A stretch of 64,000 bases of DNA from a bacterium (GTDB taxonomy: Bacteria > SAR324 > XYD2-FULL-50-16): assembly GCA_032250835.1 (NCBI GenBank), contig JAVVEA010000003.1, forward strand, positions 121,458 through 185,457, read 5' to 3'. This document shows positions 58,582 to 64,000 of this stretch, piece after piece (within the stretch, counting starts at the first letter, position 1; each line of letters starts with the position of its first letter). The position numbers and the translations under genes are program-made. Below the pieces are notes generated by a model. That model was not told where the DNA came from. It was given only the letters and a program-made list of their open reading frames with translations, and did not search any database.

Positions 58582-59430
58582 CTAGACTCCAGGCTTCTTG
58601 GTCCGCTTCTTGATCAAGGCGAGATAGAGGCCACCGAGTATCAACGCACTGCTAAGCCACAACCTCAGGCTTAAGGTCTCTTGTAAAAAGAGGAAGCCAC
58701 CTATGAGGGCGATCAAGGGGACCGTCAATTGCAGAACCGATGCGGTCCATAGCGAAAGGCGCTGCAACGCAAAATACCAAAGCAGGTACCCTAGGCCTGA
58801 GGTGACCGCGCCCGAGACCGCCGCTAGAGATTTCCCGTAGAGGCTGCTGGTACCGCTGCCTTGGCTTAACCACAGCAAAAGCAGCGCCAACGGCACAATA
58901 GCTAAAAAATTCCTAGCCGTGGCCCCGGCGGGGTCCGATTTTCCGCGACCCCAAACCGAGTAAAGCCCCCAAGCCAACCCGGCCAGGGCCATGTTGATCG
59001 AAGCCAGCCAGGGGGGAGCCTCCAGCCCCGGCGATAAAAGATAGACCAAGCCTGCCCAGGAGAGCCCAAAACCGAACCATTCGCCGGGGCCTAGGCGCTG
59101 CCCTAGGATCAGCGCGGCTCCAATCATGGTGGATTGAACCGAAGCGAACAGAACCAAGGCACCCACCCCCGCAGGCAAGCGCACATAAGCCAGCGAGAAG
59201 AAGGTGGCGTACAAAAATAGGGCGAGCGGCTCGCGCCAGCGATTGAGGCCCGAGGATTGGGCTTTGCCCCGAGCGGCCCAAGCCCAAGGGAATAAGACCA
59301 CGGCCCCAGCCAACAGGCGGATCGCGGTAAACTCTAATGGGTTAATCTCTGGGCCCCTGAGCGCGAGACGAGCCAGTATGGAGTTGGCGGCAAAGGCCCA
59401 AAGGCTCAAGACCGCCAAAATGGGGGTCAT
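58582..59430 (-). CDS. DMT/EamA family transporter
   Basis: AFAANSILARLAL, FFSLAY, SGLGYLLWY; ATG 59430 lies 1 nt after the methyltransferase stop. Confidence 0.88.
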   Translation of the reverse strand: MTPILAVLSLWAFAANSILARLALRGPEINPLEFTAIRLLAGAVVLFPWAWAARGKAQSSGLNRWREPLALFLYATFFSLAYVRLPAGVGALVLFASVQSTMIGAALILGQRLGPGEWFGFGLSWAGLVYLLSPGLEAPPWLASINMALAGLAWGLYSVWGRGKSDPAGATARNFLAIVPLALLLLWLSQGSGTSSLYGKSLAAVSGAVTSGLGYLLWYFALQRLSLWTASVLQLTVPLIALIGGFLFLQETLSLRLWLSSALILGGLYLALIKKRTKKPGV

Positions 59431-59431
59431 C

Positions 59432-60505
59432 TTAGCAACCGCAATTGCTGGTTGGGCCTTCAGAACTGGAGGTTTGCGCAAAGGGAAAGTGCCCACCACA
59501 GCCAGGGAATACCCCGTGGTGGTGGTTGAAATCGCCGAAAAAGTCAAAGTATGGGGCAAACCGGGTTTCTTTAAGCATCCGGTAGCTATTCCCGCAAACC
59601 AATTCGATCTTGTCTTTGGCAAAGGCATGGCCTTGATCTAGCCAGAAAACTTGGGGCATCTCTTCCACCCCGCCCCGGTAGCGTACCGCTTGGCCATAGT
59701 CCTCGCAGCCCGGTTCTAAGCCTGCTAGTTTGATCAGTCGGCAGGTTACCGAGTAAAACTGAATGCCTTCTAAGGCTTTTTGGACCGATTCATTCTCGAT
59801 GGTGATCCGGTTAAAATCCACCCACCGGGGGTCGGCAAAGCCCGCCGCCTTAACGTCGCGCAAGAAGTCGTTCCAATAAAGCGCCCCGGACAAACATTCT
59901 CCGTAAAGCACTGGGTCATTTTTGAGGTCCAAGGGCACCCGTTTGTCGGTATATACGTCCGAAAAATAAAGCTCCCCTCCAGGTTTCAACAACCGATATG
60001 CTTCCTTAAACACCGCCAATTTGTCGTCCACCAGATTGATCACGCAATTAGAAATGATCAAATCTTGATGGTCCGCTTGGAGATTTAAGGCCGATATATT
60101 TTGGATGTCCCCTTCAAGGAACTGGACATTACTCTTTGGGTAGCCAAATTTTTCTTGGTGGAAGCCCATATGCTTGCGGGCGACGTCCAATTGTTCTGGG
60201 GTCATATCCACTCCGGTCACTTGGCCCTTTTCGCCCACCAAACGGCTTAAAATATAGGCATCGCGGCCCGAGCCCGAACCTAGGTCGATTACCTTCAAGC
60301 CCTCCAGCAAGCTGGGGATGGTGAGGCCGCAGCCAAAAAAACGCTCCACCACCTCAGGGTGGATTTCAGACAAAATCGCTTTGATCTTGGGCGGGTAGCT
60401 ACTCACGCTACAACAGGCATTGGTTAAGAGGTCATCGGTCTTTTGCAGGGTCTGCCCATAATATTCCTGGACCGCTTGTTTGTGGTCTTGCTCGACAAAA
60501 TTCAT
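59432..60505 (-). CDS. arsM: Arsenite methyltransferase-like SAM-dependent methyltransferase (ArsM/AS3MT family)
   Basis: NACC, FFGCG, DLGSGSGRD, ISNCVINL, LYGECLSGAL (conserved Cys set); C-terminal CGC. Confidence 0.8.
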   Translation of the reverse strand: MNFVEQDHKQAVQEYYGQTLQKTDDLLTNACCSVSSYPPKIKAILSEIHPEVVERFFGCGLTIPSLLEGLKVIDLGSGSGRDAYILSRLVGEKGQVTGVDMTPEQLDVARKHMGFHQEKFGYPKSNVQFLEGDIQNISALNLQADHQDLIISNCVINLVDDKLAVFKEAYRLLKPGGELYFSDVYTDKRVPLDLKNDPVLYGECLSGALYWNDFLRDVKAAGFADPRWVDFNRITIENESVQKALEGIQFYSVTCRLIKLAGLEPGCEDYGQAVRYRGGVEEMPQVFWLDQGHAFAKDKIELVCGNSYRMLKETRFAPYFDFFGDFNHHHGVFPGCGGHFPFAQTSSSEGPTSNCGC

Positions 60506-60526
60506 GTTCTGCTCCTTAGGGGGTCA

Positions 60527-62221
60527 CTAACTGAGTTCGTTGAAAATCTGCTCCATCTGTGGGGCGACTCGATTGGCTGCTTCCCAGACGCGGGGCCCAA
60601 AACGATCGAGACCGGTTTTAGCGGAACGATCGTCTAGGGCCAACAGTGAAAAGGCCTCTTCGTGCGAAAATCCGGGTTTGTACTGCCGAGCGCTCCGCAA
60701 CGCATCGTAACTATCGGCTAGGCCGACGATCAACGCCGCCAAGGGGATTGCGTCTCCGGCCAAGGGGGACGTGCCTGCTTCAGGGCCTTGGGGCAGGGAA
60801 GGGTACCCACCTCCGTCAAAGCTTTGGTGATGGTGCAGAGCGATTTCATAGGCCATCGCTAGTTTTTCGTCGCCGCTGGAAGAAAAGTCCATCATCGTTC
60901 GGATGATCTGAGCTCCAAAAAGGGTGTGCCGCATCATTTCGGTTCTCTGTTCAGCGCTGTATTTGCCGTTAAATTTGATCAAGTCGGGCATAGCCACCTT
61001 GCCAATGTCATGCAACGCGGCAACCTGCGAAATGGACCGGACAAATTTGGGCGGCAGCTTCATTTCCTCGGCAATCAGTGCGCTCAACCGATTGACCCGC
61101 AAGATGTGTTTCCCGGTGGTCTCGTCGCTAAACTCGGCGGCGGCGCAAAGGCCCATTACTTTTTGTAAAAACTGCTCTTCGTTTTTTACCGCCAAGTCAA
61201 CTAGGTAAAAGAGCATCCGGGAGCTGTTCATCAGGGTATGCAAAAACAACCCATCGTCACGATGTTGGCTCCCCTGTTGGTTGAAGGCAATAATCGACGC
61301 CGGGCCCTCGTGGTAGTTCATAAAACGAGAGATCGGCTCGCCAATAAAGTTTTTGATGTCCCGGTGGAAGGGGTAAACTTGTTCAAATTCCGCTTGTGTG
61401 GTGCCCTCCTCACGTTGGGCTTCGATTAGATGCCCTTGGCGGCGCGACAGGAGAATCGGGGCCAGAGAATCCGGCGCTAAGACGATTTCTTGAGAATAAA
61501 CCAATTGGCCCTCCCGATACCGACTGGCCTGACCCACCCATTGCCCCGATTTATTGCGCAGGGCAATAAAGGCCGCTTGAAAGCCCATCCCTAAAATAAA
61601 GGGGGCCATGCGGCGGTAGATGTCTGCTTGGGAAGTGAACTGCTCCAACTGCCCCAACACCTGCTCGCTGTAGCTTGAAATAGACAGGATGCGCTCGTGC
61701 AGCCGCTTTACGGGAGAGATGTCGTCCATCCAAACCAAAATAGCTTTTGCCCCTTCTAGTTTTATCATCTCAATGGAGTACCACCGGTGGCTCATGGCGG
61801 AGTACAGTTCCAGCGGGGCTTGCTCGGGGGTGGAGTCTTGCAGGTAGGTCTGAACTTGATCGCGGCTTTGCGCCCCAAGGTATTGGTAAAGGCTTTGTAC
61901 CCCGTGGTCCTCAAAATATCTTTGGGTCTTGCCCATGGCCAGGATGATCTCCCCTTGGGGGCCCATCACAAAAGCCGGGTCTCTGCGCTGCATGGGGAGC
62001 AGGGCCAGAACCGACTGAAACCGGTTTTTTACTTGAACCAAAGCCCGCGAGATTGCCTGTACTAAGAAGGGGATCACAAAGCCCATGGGCGTTGCAAAGG
62101 GATCGCCCGTGCCAAACCAGTTGATGCTCGCGCCAATGATGAAGGCGCTGAACATGATTCGAGGATTGGCAAATTCCACCAAACAATAACGGAGGAAGAG
62201 GCGCAACGGCTGGTTTAACAT
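60527..62221 (-). CDS. HD-GYP domain phosphodiesterase with N-terminal TM helices
   Basis: ETTGKHILRV, LHDIGK, HHHQSFDGGGYP, ADSYDALRSARQYK. Confidence 0.88.
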   Translation of the reverse strand: MLNQPLRLFLRYCLVEFANPRIMFSAFIIGASINWFGTGDPFATPMGFVIPFLVQAISRALVQVKNRFQSVLALLPMQRRDPAFVMGPQGEIILAMGKTQRYFEDHGVQSLYQYLGAQSRDQVQTYLQDSTPEQAPLELYSAMSHRWYSIEMIKLEGAKAILVWMDDISPVKRLHERILSISSYSEQVLGQLEQFTSQADIYRRMAPFILGMGFQAAFIALRNKSGQWVGQASRYREGQLVYSQEIVLAPDSLAPILLSRRQGHLIEAQREEGTTQAEFEQVYPFHRDIKNFIGEPISRFMNYHEGPASIIAFNQQGSQHRDDGLFLHTLMNSSRMLFYLVDLAVKNEEQFLQKVMGLCAAAEFSDETTGKHILRVNRLSALIAEEMKLPPKFVRSISQVAALHDIGKVAMPDLIKFNGKYSAEQRTEMMRHTLFGAQIIRTMMDFSSSGDEKLAMAYEIALHHHQSFDGGGYPSLPQGPEAGTSPLAGDAIPLAALIVGLADSYDALRSARQYKPGFSHEEAFSLLALDDRSAKTGLDRFGPRVWEAANRVAPQMEQIFNELS

Positions 62222-62242
62222 GGATTGATTTGGGTTTGGGTC

Positions 62243-63334
62243 TTATCGAGCCGGTTTGCGGGTGAAGCTGAGTGCCTCTTTGGGGCAAATATCAATGCAG
62301 CCGCCGCAGCCGATGCACAGGGTTTGTTGCAATCCAAAGCTCCCCAAAGTGGCTTGTTTGTCTTGATGTGCAAAGGAGGCTACGTCGATGCCCATAGGGC
62401 AAGCTTGAGAGCAAAGGTTGAGGCCTGTGCATTGGGCATTAGCCTGGACCTGAAATTTCGAGCCAACGTAGCGCCCGAAAAACTCCATCCCCTTGGCCAA
62501 AGGGCACCCGAACCGGCACCAGACCCTGGTCCCCAAGAAGGGATAGGCCCCAACGCCCACCAGTGCCCCGAAAATAAAGTCCACGGCAATATCTTGGTAT
62601 AGCTTTCCTGCCAGCAGCCAGCTATCTGCGGTGAATAACTTTAAGAAGTCAAAGAATAACAAGAAACCATAGGCCAAGCCCAAGCATAACAAGAGGGTTT
62701 GCAGGTGCTCTAGCTTTTTGGCCTGGGTGCCGCTCGGCGTTTGGAATTTAACCCATTGTTTGCCCCAGGCAGTGATTCCAATGGTTTCGGCTAGGTTACC
62801 ACAGGAACAAAACCAAGAGCAATAACGCTTCCCAAAAAACCAGACCGATAGGGGCACTAATCCAAATACATAAAACATTCCGCCCCAGGAGGTGAAGGCT
62901 TTAGATACATACACATAGGCCACCAGGTTGGTCGGGGTGACGGGGTCATACCCAAGGTTTTGGCCGCTTGATAACGGCACTAGTACAAAGGGGATCAAAT
63001 AGAAAAAAACGAGTTGTGACCAGAAGATGCTAGAAAACTTGGCTTTTTGATATTTCGATAACGTTGTTTTGCTCCCGCGCCGGTAGGGCGAGCGCCCCAG
63101 GAGGACAACTTTTGCCGCAATCCAACAAACCAAGACGGTGTAGACTGAGGCATACCAAAAGGCCGGGTGTTTATCGAAGAGGTAAAAGCTCCGTACGTCA
63201 TCTGCCCAGCCCCAAGCCACAAACCACTCGTGGCATTTGTAGATAGCGTAACCCACCAACACCAAAGGGGGGTAATAGATCAAAAAGGCCTTTTCAGCGA
63301 TGGAACGCTGCAACTTGCCCTTAGCATAACTCAT
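62243..63334 (-). CDS. Membrane 4Fe-4S binding protein (NapH/YccM-like polyferredoxin)
   Basis: TM helices, YCSWFCSCG, WCRFGCP, CTGLNLCSQACP, CIGCGGCIDICP. Confidence 0.85.
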   Translation of the reverse strand: MSYAKGKLQRSIAEKAFLIYYPPLVLVGYAIYKCHEWFVAWGWADDVRSFYLFDKHPAFWYASVYTVLVCWIAAKVVLLGRSPYRRGSKTTLSKYQKAKFSSIFWSQLVFFYLIPFVLVPLSSGQNLGYDPVTPTNLVAYVYVSKAFTSWGGMFYVFGLVPLSVWFFGKRYCSWFCSCGNLAETIGITAWGKQWVKFQTPSGTQAKKLEHLQTLLLCLGLAYGFLLFFDFLKLFTADSWLLAGKLYQDIAVDFIFGALVGVGAYPFLGTRVWCRFGCPLAKGMEFFGRYVGSKFQVQANAQCTGLNLCSQACPMGIDVASFAHQDKQATLGSFGLQQTLCIGCGGCIDICPKEALSFTRKPAR

Positions 63335-63389
63335 GGCTGCTCTCTTTAGGTAAAAAGTTGGCCAACGGGCGTAACCGTTGGCTGTTTGG

Positions 63390-63998
63390 TTAGGGCTTTT
63401 GGTTTAACGACCAGTCATAGTCAAAATAATGGATATCTACCGCACCGGAGATTAGGTGTTTGCGTTCCGCATCGTTATGTCCCAACGAATCGGCCACATA
63501 GGCCGCTACCGAACCAGCGGACTGCTCAAAATCTTGGGCAAACCAGTCGAATATCTTAGACAGGTATAAGCGGTCTTGAAGGGGGTCGTACCGATTGCGG
63601 CTAACATCTCCTAGGAACTTGCGTTTTGCCGCCTCTAGTTGCTGCTCCAAGTGGGTTGCTTGGTAGGGCTCCTTGGATAGAGCGGGGCAACCCACCGAAG
63701 CGCAGACAATGGCAAAATGGATGCGTGGTTCTGAGTATCGGGCGCGAAGCCACTGGTGTTCGATCGCACCTAAGGTTTTAATTTCTCCTAACAAAAGGAA
63801 CCGCTCTTGCTCCCAAGGGCTGGAAAACCATCCGCCCAGGTCGCGGATGGACGCAACCTCGGGATAATCCGAAAGGATCAGTTGCAACGTATAAGCGTTG
63901 TAGGCATTGATCAAAAAGGCTAGTTGCTGGGGCCGGGACCATTGCTTAAATTCGTTGGCTGGTACTTGTTCCAGTTGACTTAGGTATTCCTCTAACGG
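63390..63998 (-). CDS. DUF547 domain protein; 5' partial
   Basis: AFLINAYNAYT, EPRIHFAIVCASVGCP, LSKIFDWF, YDWSLN; frame is open to the window end. Confidence 0.9.
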   Translation of the reverse strand, partial: PLEEYLSQLEQVPANEFKQWSRPQQLAFLINAYNAYTLQLILSDYPEVASIRDLGGWFSSPWEQERFLLLGEIKTLGAIEHQWLRARYSEPRIHFAIVCASVGCPALSKEPYQATHLEQQLEAAKRKFLGDVSRNRYDPLQDRLYLSKIFDWFAQDFEQSAGSVAAYVADSLGHNDAERKHLISGAVDIHYFDYDWSLNQKP

Positions 63999-64000
63999 CC

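Noticed and set aside
59431-59628. N-terminal extension of the EamA ORF as given in the ORF track
   Set aside because: Overlaps the arsM 3' end; ATG 59430 right after the arsM stop gives a normal DMT protein.
53305-64000. Selenocysteine read-through in the arsenic-type locus
   Set aside because: The Cys motifs examined use normal Cys codons, and no gene appears truncated at an in-frame TGA.

Overview
A bacterial chromosomal window of moderately high GC. Gene content suggests a deltaproteobacteria-like or SAR324-like lineage; this is inference only. The first 53 kb is mostly housekeeping: pstCAB-phoU, a TetR-TolC-MFP-RND efflux operon, uup-like ABC-F, topA, trpDCF, a complete nqrABCDEF-apbE-nqrM operon, an RluA-family synthase, rplU-rpmA, prfB with its +1 programmed frameshift, argD, an isolated ftsQ and thiE. 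Three parts stand out. (1) A stand-alone gene (6111-7898) appears to fuse the C-terminal half of flagellar MS-ring FliF to a whole FliG rotor protein; it lies next to a probable outer-membrane barrel gene, with no other flagellar genes in the window. (2) A two-component cassette (39860-43336) is bracketed by a modular palindromic repeat family, with sharp local strand skew in the flanking genes. (3) A convergent ~11 kb locus (53305->64000) combines arsenic/arsenosugar-type genes (ArsM-like methyltransferase, MIP channel, TIGR04283-like GT2, GT-C, DUF547) with an NPC-repeat SoxA/TsdA-like cytochrome, a pentaheme cytochrome and a membrane polyferredoxin, behind a candidate ECF (sigmaF-type) promoter. 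All family calls come from motif recognition by eye; no database searches were run.
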